From Candidatus Omnitrophota bacterium (GTDB taxonomy: Bacteria; Omnitrophota; Gorgyraeia; Gygaellales; Profunditerraquicolaceae): a DNA stretch of 64,000 bases. The first letter of the stretch is position 1, and each line of letters begins with the position of its first letter. The translations under genes and the position numbers were made by a program. The DNA lies in assembly GCA_025453445.1 (NCBI GenBank), contig JALOQJ010000002.1, positions 6,249-70,248 on the forward strand. The letters run 5' to 3'. Shown here piece by piece: positions 39,858 through 49,900 of this stretch. The notes below the pieces were generated by a model, which saw only the letters and a list, made by a program, of their open reading frames with translations, ran no database searches and was not told where the DNA came from.

Positions 39858-41357
39858 CTATTGACCTTCCCGTCTTTCTCCTTTTCGCCTTTCTTCTTCT
39901 ACCCGTATTTCTTCATTGCGTCTTTCTGTTCTTCTGCGCTCTACCTGCGCACGGATGTCATAGGCTTTAGCTTCTGAAATATCGAAAGTCATAATAATAA
40001 AAATAGCAATTATAGAAGTCACAATCGGGATGCCGATATCGCACAGGCGCATATACAGTAAAGCTTGCGGTGTCTGGCTGGCGCCTAATGCAATATTGAA
40101 GCCGGTTACATTCAGAAGGATGCCGGAGAGAATCGATGCACCTGCTTGTCCGAGTTTTTGTATCCACCAGTAAATACCGCTAAACATACCTTCTCTGCGG
40201 GTACCGCAGCATAACTCATCTAAATCGCAGACATCAGCGACCATAGAAGGAACCATAGTGAAGAGCGCTCCCAGATGAAATGCCAAAAACGGAACAGCGA
40301 TCATCAATAAATAGGGATGTTGAGGATTATACCCTATCCATTTCAAGGCATAACCGACAATAGCAAGGCACATGGCAATTAAAAAAGTTTTCCGCTTTCC
40401 AATCTTTGTGGAGACCCAGGTGGTTAAGGAAATTGCAATTAAAGTACAAACAGAACTTGCCGTTCCGAACCAACCAAGCAATGTGCCACCCTTCCCCCAA
40501 TCGCCACCATAAACATAGTAGACAATAACATAAAGTGTAAAGGCAGAAGCAAGCATGAACCCGTTAAAAATTAAAAATGTTACTGCGATAAGCTTAACAA
40601 AAGGGAGGCATTTTAAAGAGGTTGCGCAATTGCTCAAGAGGTTTTTTATAACATTCCAATAGCCCTTTTCTCTTTTAGCCCTCGGCAAGTTAGCAAAGAG
40701 CTCTTTGCTAAAGATAGCGGGAAGTATGCCGCCGACTACGATAAAGACTCCGACCATGATAGCAATGGAGCGTGCTCCATGAACAATATCGGTAAACATA
40801 GTCTTATTGTTCATTATTTTAAAGAACCATGGCGCGACAAGCCAGGCAATCTGAGCGAAAAAGTTGCTGAATCCCTGCAACCGGGTCCGCTCATGGTAGT
40901 CAGGAGTCATTTCATAGCCGAGCGCGATCCAGGGGATCGAATAACAGGCAAAGGAAACAACAAAGAAACATTGGATGATTAAAAAATACCAAAAATAGAA
41001 ACTTTCCACTTGCCCTTTGTGGAGATTAAACATTAATGCAAATAAAATTCCGGAAGAAAGAGCTCCAAAGAATATCCAAGGTTTACGCCGTCCCCAACGG
41101 GTCCGGGTATTATCTGAACTGTGGCCGATTAATGGGTCTGAAAAAGCATCAATAAGACGGGGGATGGCACCGATTAAACCGACTAAAGCCGGATTCATGC
41201 CTAATCCTAAGTTTAAAACAATGACAAGCGATCCAATCGCAGCAGCCTGAAATTGATTAACAAGCCCTCCTATACTATATGCGATTTTTTGAAAAATAGG
41301 GATACGATCTGCGCGGGCTGTAATATGGTGTCCTGACTGGCCTTTTGATTGTTCCAT
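39858..41357 (-). CDS. MFS glycoside-pentoside-hexuronide (GPH) symporter
   Basis: DAFSDPLIGHSSDNTRTRWGRRKPWI, EMTPDYHERT and RREGMF; about 12 TM. Confidence 0.9.
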   Translation of the reverse strand: MEQSKGQSGHHITARADRIPIFQKIAYSIGGLVNQFQAAAIGSLVIVLNLGLGMNPALVGLIGAIPRLIDAFSDPLIGHSSDNTRTRWGRRKPWIFFGALSSGILFALMFNLHKGQVESFYFWYFLIIQCFFVVSFACYSIPWIALGYEMTPDYHERTRLQGFSNFFAQIAWLVAPWFFKIMNNKTMFTDIVHGARSIAIMVGVFIVVGGILPAIFSKELFANLPRAKREKGYWNVIKNLLSNCATSLKCLPFVKLIAVTFLIFNGFMLASAFTLYVIVYYVYGGDWGKGGTLLGWFGTASSVCTLIAISLTTWVSTKIGKRKTFLIAMCLAIVGYALKWIGYNPQHPYLLMIAVPFLAFHLGALFTMVPSMVADVCDLDELCCGTRREGMFSGIYWWIQKLGQAGASILSGILLNVTGFNIALGASQTPQALLYMRLCDIGIPIVTSIIAIFIIMTFDISEAKAYDIRAQVERRRTERRNEEIRVEEERRKGERREGQ

Positions 41358-41393
41358 TAATGAACCTTTCTCCTTTATTAGGCTTTATCTAAT

Positions 41394-41510
41394 TGACGGG
41401 TGTGCATAATTGCACACCCGTCATTGCGAGGAGCAAAGCGACGAAGCAATCACAAAAAAAGATTGCTTAACTCCTGCTTCGACTGCGTCTCGCAGTCGCT
41501 CGCAATGACA
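41394..41510. repeat. Composite structured intergenic element (hairpin plus GTCATTGCGAG...CTCGCAATGAC repeat)
   Basis: IR tgacgggtgtgca / tgcacacccgtca overlapping gtcattgcgag...gaagcaatc...gattgctt...ctcgcaatgac. Confidence 0.7.
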
Positions 41511-41521
41511 ATAGAGGTTGC

Positions 41522-41550
41522 ATTATAACAAATATATCTAGTGTAAGCAA
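41522..41550 (-). promoter_or_regulatory. Sigma70 promoter of the MFS gene
   Basis: TTGCTT-17 bp-TATAAT with extended TG. Confidence 0.6.
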
Positions 41551-41572
41551 TATTATTGTCTGCCGTTTCGCC

Positions 41573-42442
41573 TTACACATTAAACAATTTTTTCATCCGA
41601 ATACCGCTTCCGGAAGTCACCCCATTAACAATATACTTCTGCATAAACAAATAGACTAATATTATAGGCAAGGCAGTAATCGTAAGGCCTGCCATCAATA
41701 ACGGATAATTGGTGACAAATTCTCCCTGAAATGTCTTTAACGCCACCTGCAGCGGCATAAACTTGCGGGAATCAAAAATAATCAAAGCCAGAATATATTC
41801 ATTCCAGACACTTAACGCATTAAATACTACCACAACTGCCAAAACCGGCTTTGCCAAAGGAAGCGCTACATGCCACCAGATTCCCAGTTTTGAACATCCG
41901 TCAATACGCGCAGCGTCTTCCAGCTCCTTAGGCAACTTATCAAAAAATGTTTTCAATAAAAATATGCTGGTCGATAAGCCTACATTAATCATACAGAGAA
42001 TATAGCCGATTGGCGTGTTCCTTAAATGCAATTTATTCAAAAGCACATACAGCGCAACAAAACTTCCCGGAATAGGAATCATCATCGCTGCCATAAACAT
42101 AATAAAGAGCAAATTACGGCCCGGAAAACGCAAACGCGCAAAAGCATAAGCTGCTAAAGATGAAATTATCACAATTCCGAAAACTACGGAAGCGGTATAA
42201 ATTATGCTGTTTAAAAAATTGCGGCCAAACCCGCCTTCGCGCCAGGCATTGATATAATTCTCAAAATGAAAGTGGCGCGGGATAAGTGAAATATCGCTAA
42301 AAATTATATCCTGTGTCTTAAAGCTGGAGGAAATCATCCATAATAAAGGGTACAAACAGGTAATCGCGACGCTGATTAAAAATAAATGAATCAGTATATT
42401 CAGGGTAATTTTTTTGCTTTTATAATAGAGTTCGCTTTTCAC
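41573..42442 (-). CDS. Carbohydrate ABC transporter permease (MalG-like)
   Basis: EAA loop ELEDAARIDG; WNEYILAL. Confidence 0.92.
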   Translation of the reverse strand: MKSELYYKSKKITLNILIHLFLISVAITCLYPLLWMISSSFKTQDIIFSDISLIPRHFHFENYINAWREGGFGRNFLNSIIYTASVVFGIVIISSLAAYAFARLRFPGRNLLFIMFMAAMMIPIPGSFVALYVLLNKLHLRNTPIGYILCMINVGLSTSIFLLKTFFDKLPKELEDAARIDGCSKLGIWWHVALPLAKPVLAVVVVFNALSVWNEYILALIIFDSRKFMPLQVALKTFQGEFVTNYPLLMAGLTITALPIILVYLFMQKYIVNGVTSGSGIRMKKLFNV

Positions 42443-42515
42443 CCCGCACCTTCTCCTTATTTAATTTTAAACGTCATCCCCACGTCTTCTGAATTTTTTG
42501 AAGGTGCGGGGTTCA
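42441..42515. repeat. Small IR element joining the upstream stop and downstream GTG start
   Basis: accccgcaccttc ... gaaggtgcggggt, perfect 13-bp IR. Confidence 0.7.
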
Positions 42516-43400
42516 TTCTTTAGCTTTCTTAGAAAATCTGTATTGGATAAAAGAAATTACGACCAGCACCATGCCAAAAGTAATCCCCTGCGCGCAAGCA
42601 TAACCAAATCTCGATGAACCGCGCATAGAAGCAAGAATGCGCAAGACCGGCACAGAAGTATGCCCGGCAAATTCTCCGCCGACAAGCCCGATAATCAGGG
42701 CAAACGCCTGCATTGTCCCCAATATCGTCAGAATTGCCACCAGCACAATTACCGGAATCATCAATGGTATGGTAATTTTACGAAAAGAATCCCATGCGCT
42801 TGCACCATCTACGCGCGCTGCTTCATACAGTTCACGCGGGATAGTCTGCAGGCCTGCCAGAAAAATTAAAAATCCCCAACCAAAACCCTTCCAACAATGC
42901 ACCAGCGCCACCGTAGTCAGGGCGGTATTCGGATCAGAAAGCCAATTATGCATTAAATTAGGAAAACCAATACCGGCAAGCATACGGTTAATTATATTAG
43001 CTCCGTCAATATCATTAATAATAAATCTCCAGCTCATCCCCACGACAATTTCTGATAATACCGGCGGGATAAAAAAGATTACCCGGTAAAAATTCTTCAT
43101 GCGGATTTCGCGGTCGCATGCCCAAGCCAATAAAAACGCCAGAATATTCTGAAAAGTAAGGGCGATAAGCGTAATATAGCCGGCATTACGCATTGCCTGC
43201 CACCAGCTGGGGTCCTGAAAAAGTATTTCTTTAAAATTTCCCCAGCCCAAAGGAATAGCATCCTTAAAAGGAATGATGCCGTCCCAATCAAAAAAACTTA
43301 AATGGAAAATCTGAATAAAAGGATAGATATAGAATACAGAAAAAATCAAAACTGCCGGTAAGACAAATATGTAATTTTCTAAGGTAGATTTAAATCTCAT
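42513..43400 (-). CDS. Carbohydrate ABC transporter permease (MalF-like)
   Basis: LAGLQTIPRELYEAARVDGA. Confidence 0.92.
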   Translation of the reverse strand: MRFKSTLENYIFVLPAVLIFSVFYIYPFIQIFHLSFFDWDGIIPFKDAIPLGWGNFKEILFQDPSWWQAMRNAGYITLIALTFQNILAFLLAWACDREIRMKNFYRVIFFIPPVLSEIVVGMSWRFIINDIDGANIINRMLAGIGFPNLMHNWLSDPNTALTTVALVHCWKGFGWGFLIFLAGLQTIPRELYEAARVDGASAWDSFRKITIPLMIPVIVLVAILTILGTMQAFALIIGLVGGEFAGHTSVPVLRILASMRGSSRFGYACAQGITFGMVLVVISFIQYRFSKKAKE

Positions 43401-44698
43401 GAACGCTTCTTAGCTTGCTCCCGCTCTTTAACCTTCTGGACATCAGCTGCCACTTGCTCGGGAGTTTTCTCGCCGATAACGATTGACTGGATCCCTCTGT
43501 CCAATGTTTCAGTTACCAAAGGAAATTCAGAAACCCCCCAGATATTCGGGTGAGTGGCCAGTTCCATATCATCAGCGAACTGCGCCAAAATCGGAGAAAT
43601 TTTTTCCAAACAATCTTTATTCGCCGGTAAATTTGAAGTTACTTCAGCCAAATACACCTGCTGTTCACCATCAGTAAGCCATTTAAGAAATTTTACTGCT
43701 TCTTCTTTATTTTTTGAACGGGCATTAACCATAAAAGAACTGCCTGCGCCTTCCCAAATGCTCATCGGATGTTTGTCTGAGGCCTTAGGAGGAAGCATTA
43801 CTGCATAATTCAAAACAGGGTTCATGCCTTTATAAACGTTTACGCACCAGGAGCCGTTAAAAGCAAAAACCGCTTTATTTGTTGCAAAAAGCTGCTCTGC
43901 GGTTTTATTCACCATTGTAACTGTGCCATTGGCTAAAACGCCTGATTCCCGCATTTCTTTAAAAAGGCCTAAAACTGTAATCCAATCAGGATCAGTATAT
44001 GGGACTTCGCCTCTGATTGTTGCTAAAACTTTATCTTCGCCCATAATATTAAAGGCGTAATTATTGGCAAGGCAATCAATCATCCAGACCTCGCTCCATC
44101 CGGAAACCAAACCCTGCATATTTTTGGCTTTGAGCAGCTTTCCGATTTCAATAAATTCTTTAAAGGTTGCCGGGGGACGGTTAGGATCCAATCCCAACTT
44201 TTTGAATAAATCTTTATTATAAAGCATCTCGATAGTCATGATATCTATGGGCACGCCATAAATACCCGGGACAACCTTATAAATATTACCATCGGGGAAT
44301 TCATTGACAGCAAGAGCCTTGGCAAAAAACCTGTTTTTCCAGGAACCAAGCAAATCATTCATGTAGGGGGTTAAATTTAAAACATGGCCTGCTTTGACGA
44401 AAGAAGCAAAATCTCTTTTCTCGCCTAAGATACCATAGACATCAGGAAGAGTCGCGCCTTGCGCAGCAGCGTGCACTTTTTGCGCATAAGCATCCGAGGG
44501 AGCGTAAAGCTCAAAATTCACTTTTATTCCGGTTTTGGCAACGTATCTCTTGGCTAATTCCTGAAAAGCCGGCTCGCGGTCAGTCATCCAATGCCAGATA
44601 GTAATAGTAGATTTGTCTGTCTCTTGATTACCTTGGCCGCATCCAGCCAACAGAATCCCCAATACCAAACACCAGGCTACCTTACGCATTTTTCTCAT
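43397..44698 (-). CDS. Sugar ABC transporter substrate-binding lipoprotein
   Basis: Lipobox LLAGC, ITIWHW, LYNKDLF and FNGSW. Confidence 0.9.
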   Translation of the reverse strand: MRKMRKVAWCLVLGILLAGCGQGNQETDKSTITIWHWMTDREPAFQELAKRYVAKTGIKVNFELYAPSDAYAQKVHAAAQGATLPDVYGILGEKRDFASFVKAGHVLNLTPYMNDLLGSWKNRFFAKALAVNEFPDGNIYKVVPGIYGVPIDIMTIEMLYNKDLFKKLGLDPNRPPATFKEFIEIGKLLKAKNMQGLVSGWSEVWMIDCLANNYAFNIMGEDKVLATIRGEVPYTDPDWITVLGLFKEMRESGVLANGTVTMVNKTAEQLFATNKAVFAFNGSWCVNVYKGMNPVLNYAVMLPPKASDKHPMSIWEGAGSSFMVNARSKNKEEAVKFLKWLTDGEQQVYLAEVTSNLPANKDCLEKISPILAQFADDMELATHPNIWGVSEFPLVTETLDRGIQSIVIGEKTPEQVAADVQKVKEREQAKKRS

Positions 44699-44796
44699 AA
44701 AATTATCTAAAAATAGGACGTTTCAAACTGCTGAAGACATAGTATTAAAATTTAACATATCTTTACCTATAATTCAAGGCTTTTTCTCTTCTAAAC

Positions 44797-45513
44797 TTAA
44801 ACCCTTAAAACCCGTGCCAGGCCCATTAAATCCGCTCTTTCCAGATTGATGCCGCAGCGAAATGCATTACCAGCTGCAGCTTGCGACCAAGCCACTTCTC
44901 CGCGGGTATAAAGCGGCTCGCCCTGATCCGGGATATCCAGCCAAAGCTCTACTGGGGTATGTGCAGGTAATTCCGCGCCTAAAACCAAACCCACGCCTTT
45001 GGCGCTGACATCACAGGCCGTAGCGCGGCCTTCTTTGTTGGAACTGGCATCAAGGAACCTTGCAGGAAAATGAGCAGGGAAACGTGCAAAAATCCTTCTG
45101 TCCTTAAGCCTATCTTTTTCCATTGCTTCTCCTCCTTTCTCCAGATTTTTTATCTCTTTATCCGGCCACCACGTGCTTTGCACCTGCCGGGAAAAATCAT
45201 TGTGAATAAATTGATACATTTTTTCTTTGTCTTTATCGGTAATTTTAATGAAATAAACTCCATATATAGAATAGCCGTTGATTACCTGCTGCCAGGCGAC
45301 CTTTCCCTCGATATCCAGAACAATATCGCTGGTCAAGCTGAGGCTAAAATGGAATGGCAGGCCCTGCGCAGGAAATTTGATCTTGGTAATAACCTGCATC
45401 CCGCGGAAACCGAGGTTTTTTAAATTGCAATCGGCAAAAGCATACGCGCCAGCAAGTTTTATCTTTGCCTGCCGATTCACTTCCCATCTTCCTGCTCGAC
45501 GGTGATTGGGCAT
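44797..45513 (-). CDS. Tandem PilZ-domain protein (c-di-GMP receptor)
   Basis: RxxxR motifs RRAGR and RIFAR with (D/N)xSxxG-like NLGFRG and DVSAKG; likely start ATG 45513 with GAGGAG RBS. Confidence 0.82.
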   Translation of the reverse strand: MPNHRRAGRWEVNRQAKIKLAGAYAFADCNLKNLGFRGMQVITKIKFPAQGLPFHFSLSLTSDIVLDIEGKVAWQQVINGYSIYGVYFIKITDKDKEKMYQFIHNDFSRQVQSTWWPDKEIKNLEKGGEAMEKDRLKDRRIFARFPAHFPARFLDASSNKEGRATACDVSAKGVGLVLGAELPAHTPVELWLDIPDQGEPLYTRGEVAWSQAAAGNAFRCGINLERADLMGLARVLRV

Positions 45514-45523
45514 ATTTACTCCT

Positions 45524-45934
45524 CTAAACCATAATAAGAATAAGTACAATAATATCCATAACCATAAGAAATAATCTCAATAATAAAGAGACTGCTATAT
45601 CTGTGATCCCCATTCCATTGGGAGCAAATAATAACGGTCCTGCCAAAAACCCCATTTGCAGGAAGAATGAAATTATAGCTGCTGCCTGAAACATTGTTTT
45701 TAAAATAATCCCTATGGCTACAATCGAATCTACCCATCTAACTGGCGGAACGCCTTTTAACATATATAGGCCTGAGATAACCATAAAGAAATAAATTATG
45801 AACCAAAAGAAAATATAGCTGAGCAGATCAACCGGCGTATTAATAAGCTCGGTGAGATTAAAAATTATCCCATGTAAACCGATTAATAAGAAAATTACGC
45901 CATAAATAATAACTAAAATTGCGCGTTGTTTCAT
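45524..45934 (-). CDS. Small 4-TM membrane protein
   Basis: 136 aa, highly hydrophobic; 3 nt downstream of the preceding gene. Confidence 0.65.
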   Translation of the reverse strand: MKQRAILVIIYGVIFLLIGLHGIIFNLTELINTPVDLLSYIFFWFIIYFFMVISGLYMLKGVPPVRWVDSIVAIGIILKTMFQAAAIISFFLQMGFLAGPLLFAPNGMGITDIAVSLLLRLFLMVMDIIVLILIMV

Positions 45935-45937
45935 TTT

Positions 45938-46909
45938 TTACTCCGCCCAAGACATACCGAAAATTGCCTGATTATCGGTGCCGATTCTAATTTGCTGTTT
46001 TGGATTATTTATTGGAGTTACATAAATACCTGCTATGCCATACCAAAGTTCTTTAGCATAAACTAAGTACTTTCCGTCGGGTGACCATCTAACAGGAAAA
46101 GACCCTCCAATACCAATAAGAGCTTTTTTGACAGGAATAATTAACTGGACTGTTTGCCTTGTTTTATCAAAAACATCCATAATATGATACCCGCCTATTC
46201 CTTCAAAAGCTAATTTAGCTCCATCCGGAGACCAAGCTGGCTGCATAGCTAAATCAATGTAATTCTCTATATTACCGGTAGCTATATCAACAACACAAAC
46301 ACCACTCATATTTCTTTCTTCCCTAAGGCCATTGCTTAGATACCTGCTAACTTTATTTTCATAGGTAAAAGCTATTTTTTTACTATCCGGAGACCAACTT
46401 GGCTGATCTTGTTCTGGTCTCATGCTGCTGACACGAGTAATTGCACGAGTATGACGATCGATAACATACAGCCCCTCTTTATTAGTATTTTGCATTATGA
46501 AAGCGATTTTTTTACCATCCGGAGACCAGGAAGGACATACCACGTTTGTTTCTTCACCTAAATCCAAAAACAATTTTACATTTGCGCCGTTTGAGTCCAT
46601 AATAAATAATCTGTTGGCCGAACTTTCATCTCGACTAAAAACTACCATACTGCCGTCAGGTGAAAAATAAGGATCCATTAAACCAAAATTATCTCCTGCA
46701 TTTTTTGAATATACTGTAATGTCTCTTTGTGAAGGTAATTCTATAACTTTAATAGTATGACCACCTAAACCATAAACAATCTCTCCCCGGAGGTCTTTTT
46801 TCATAAAAAAAGAGGTTACTACATCTTTATAAACTAAGAAATAGAAAATAAAATTACCTCCGATAATAAGAACTAAAAAAACAGCTAATATAATTTTTAA
46901 TATTTTCAT
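45938..46909 (-). CDS. Membrane-anchored TolB-like (PD40/WD40) beta-propeller
   Basis: Repeated P.(F/W)SPDG.K motifs and N-terminal TM; starts 3 nt after the giant ORF stop. Confidence 0.85.
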   Translation of the reverse strand: MKILKIILAVFLVLIIGGNFIFYFLVYKDVVTSFFMKKDLRGEIVYGLGGHTIKVIELPSQRDITVYSKNAGDNFGLMDPYFSPDGSMVVFSRDESSANRLFIMDSNGANVKLFLDLGEETNVVCPSWSPDGKKIAFIMQNTNKEGLYVIDRHTRAITRVSSMRPEQDQPSWSPDSKKIAFTYENKVSRYLSNGLREERNMSGVCVVDIATGNIENYIDLAMQPAWSPDGAKLAFEGIGGYHIMDVFDKTRQTVQLIIPVKKALIGIGGSFPVRWSPDGKYLVYAKELWYGIAGIYVTPINNPKQQIRIGTDNQAIFGMSWAE

Positions 46910-46912
46910 CTT

Positions 46913-49900
46913 TTACCTCCCAAAATTTGGCGGCGGCTGATACTTAGGTAGCTGTATCTGTGGCATTGGCTGATATTTTGGCATTGTCATCGGCTGAAAT
47001 TTTGGTAAATCAAATTTCATTGGCGGCGAATAAAAATTCGGCGTCTGAAATACCGGCTGTTGGAATCTCAACTGTTGAAAATCAACACGTGGCATTGAAA
47101 TATACATCGGCTGAGAAAATGGGTGCGTCTCATAATGAGTCCAGATTTGTGTTTCTCTGGTGCGCGTAGATAAATCAGGGTAGCTTATTTTTTGCTGCAT
47201 TTTAAATGAATAATTAAAATACGGATCTGATATAGCCCCGGACATGGAACGAGAAAATGCCATATTCGGCACTAATGGCTGCCATGGTAAATCAGTAATT
47301 GGAGTATTAATACCTATATCTTTAAGAAAACTATTGCGTCCACTATAACAATTTTTCCCTAAGCCGGGGATATTGAACATATTATATGATTCGATCTTAC
47401 CACGATAATTAGCTATATTATCAAAAACTTGCTTTGTGGCTATAGGATCAACTGTCAAGGTCCTATATATAACCAATCCATCCAAGATCTTTTTGTCTAC
47501 TGAATTATATATCCCCTCAGTTGCAATAAGTTTAGAAATATTTTTATCTTTAGGATTAAAATCTATTGTTTTTGTGAAATTATTGTAAGTAACGCTTATA
47601 AAGGTATGATCTTGGCCTGCTATTATAGGGCTATATCCTATTTCTACCCCCATATTTGGCCTAGACAACTCCTTCATCGACCAACCACTAATACGCGTAT
47701 TAGGTATTAATGAATTCTGGATCAAATCCTCTCCAATAAAACCAGCCCGATCAGGAAGATTTCTTAAAGCTGAAGCAAAAACATGTTTAGTAAAAGGATC
47801 CTGTTCCTGCTTCAAAGATTGGGCAAAAGTTTTTGTTAAATCAGGATTACCTGGTAATCTTCCGCCCAAAGACAAAGCTGAGCTTTGACGGATGCCAACA
47901 AAGTTGTCATGAAGGCCGGCAGAAAGTATCGGCATCATTTTAGGTGAATCAATTTTGCCTGCAACATCAATAGCACTCTGGCGCAACAAAGAATTATTGC
48001 TACGAAAATTATTCTCCACAATATTGATTATTTCCGGCGACTTAATTTTATCCAAATAGATAGTAGCGGTTGCCTGAACCATAGGAGTAGGGCCCTGACG
48101 AGCTAACCTTAGAAAAGAATCGCTTATAGCCGGATCTATGCCTACCCTACTATTTGTTACCCGCATTGCTGCTATCTGTAATTCCGGAGCAGAGCTAGAT
48201 AAAAAAGGCCTGCCCATCTCAATCGCCTTCGGGCAACTTGATTGGCTTAATCCTGACAAAATCCCCAACTGAGTATTCAACTCCCTTTCTTTTAACATCC
48301 GGCTAATCGGCTCTTCTAACCTAGGATAATCCCCGATATGTCCTGATAAAATACCTGCCGCTGTAGAAGACACATCCGGAGATGGATCGCTTAATTTCTG
48401 AAATGCTTTATCAAATACGACTGGATTCTCCTTAAACCAACCCGGCACAGGCAATAATGCTGCCTGCCGCACAGCAGGCTCTGGATCATCTAAAGCCCCG
48501 ATAATGATTTCTTTAGCCTGCGGTTCATTAAAATCTGCCAAACCATAAATTACCACAGAACGAACCTCTACATCAGGATCTTTAGCCATCCCTACTAACA
48601 CATCCAATACCTCTTTACCGCCGATTTGCGCCAATGCTACCGCTATCCTTGTCTTAGTTTCTTTTTCTATGCCCGGCTGTTGCAACACATCTTTTAGATG
48701 AGACACTGCCCGCACATCACCTAATTTACCCAAAGCTGTGATTGCCTCGTTGACGATATTTTGATTTTTACTATTCAAAAACGAAACAAACAACTCAAAG
48801 GTACGTGAATCATCCATATTCCCCAGTGCCCAAATAGATACACAACTCAATTTCTCGTCGCTGTCATAGGCTGATTTCATCAGCGCATCTGTTACTTTTA
48901 CTTCGGAGAATTGTCCCAAACGAGACGCCACATAAACTCGCATCTCTGAATTGTAGTTCTTCGCATCAGAAAGAATAGTAATAAGCTGATCTATGCATTC
49001 CGGCTCACCCAGCTCTGCCAAAGCCAATGCGGCATATATAGAGACATATTTTTGTATTTTGTCCTTACTATCCCGCGAATAGTTATTGGCGTATATTGGT
49101 AGTTTATACTGAACTTTTTGCTTCACAATTTCTTCTTGCGATAAAGCAAAGGAAAGAAATCCGGGATTAGATATTTTATATTGGCCCCTAAGGCCAGTAA
49201 TCAGAATATCTCTACCTGCAGGATTACCTGCTAATCCCAGATTCATTGCTGCGTAGAATGAAATTTTAAAATCATCATTCTTTAAGGCCCTTAAGTACCC
49301 TTGAATTAAATCATCTTTTGTAATACCGATTTTTTCATAAAAACTACCCTGAGGATCTAGAAATACCGGGTTGTATGTATTAAATCCTAAAGACGTCTGA
49401 TAATCCACTAACCCTTGTTTAGCTCTTTCATCAAAGGCATTTGATGATGGAAAAATCTCTGGATAGTACTGATAGATAAGACAATATTTAGAGAATGCAG
49501 CCATATAATTTCCTTTACTAATATTTACTTCTGCCAGCCTGCGGCTTTCCAAAGCATCTTCTAACGAGAAACCAATAAAACGGATATACTCATTACTATA
49601 AGTCTGTGTCTTGCTGTTTTTAGCTTTAGCGATAGGCAAATTCTCATAATCGATATCATGCATACACCCACCGGTTGTACTTATAAACCCTATTATCAAT
49701 GCTATTATAACTCCTTTTTGCGTAAATCGGAATAACTTAATTACTTTATTGGCAACGAGTTGCAGAGCTGGCCAAACTTGGCTGATTCCGGAAAATAACC
49801 AAGGGCATATTGAAAATATGATGAGAATTATTGGTGGGGCAAGGCTAAAAATACATTCCCCCACTTGCCCCAAGGCGCCGAAGTTATCCACATTGTAGCG

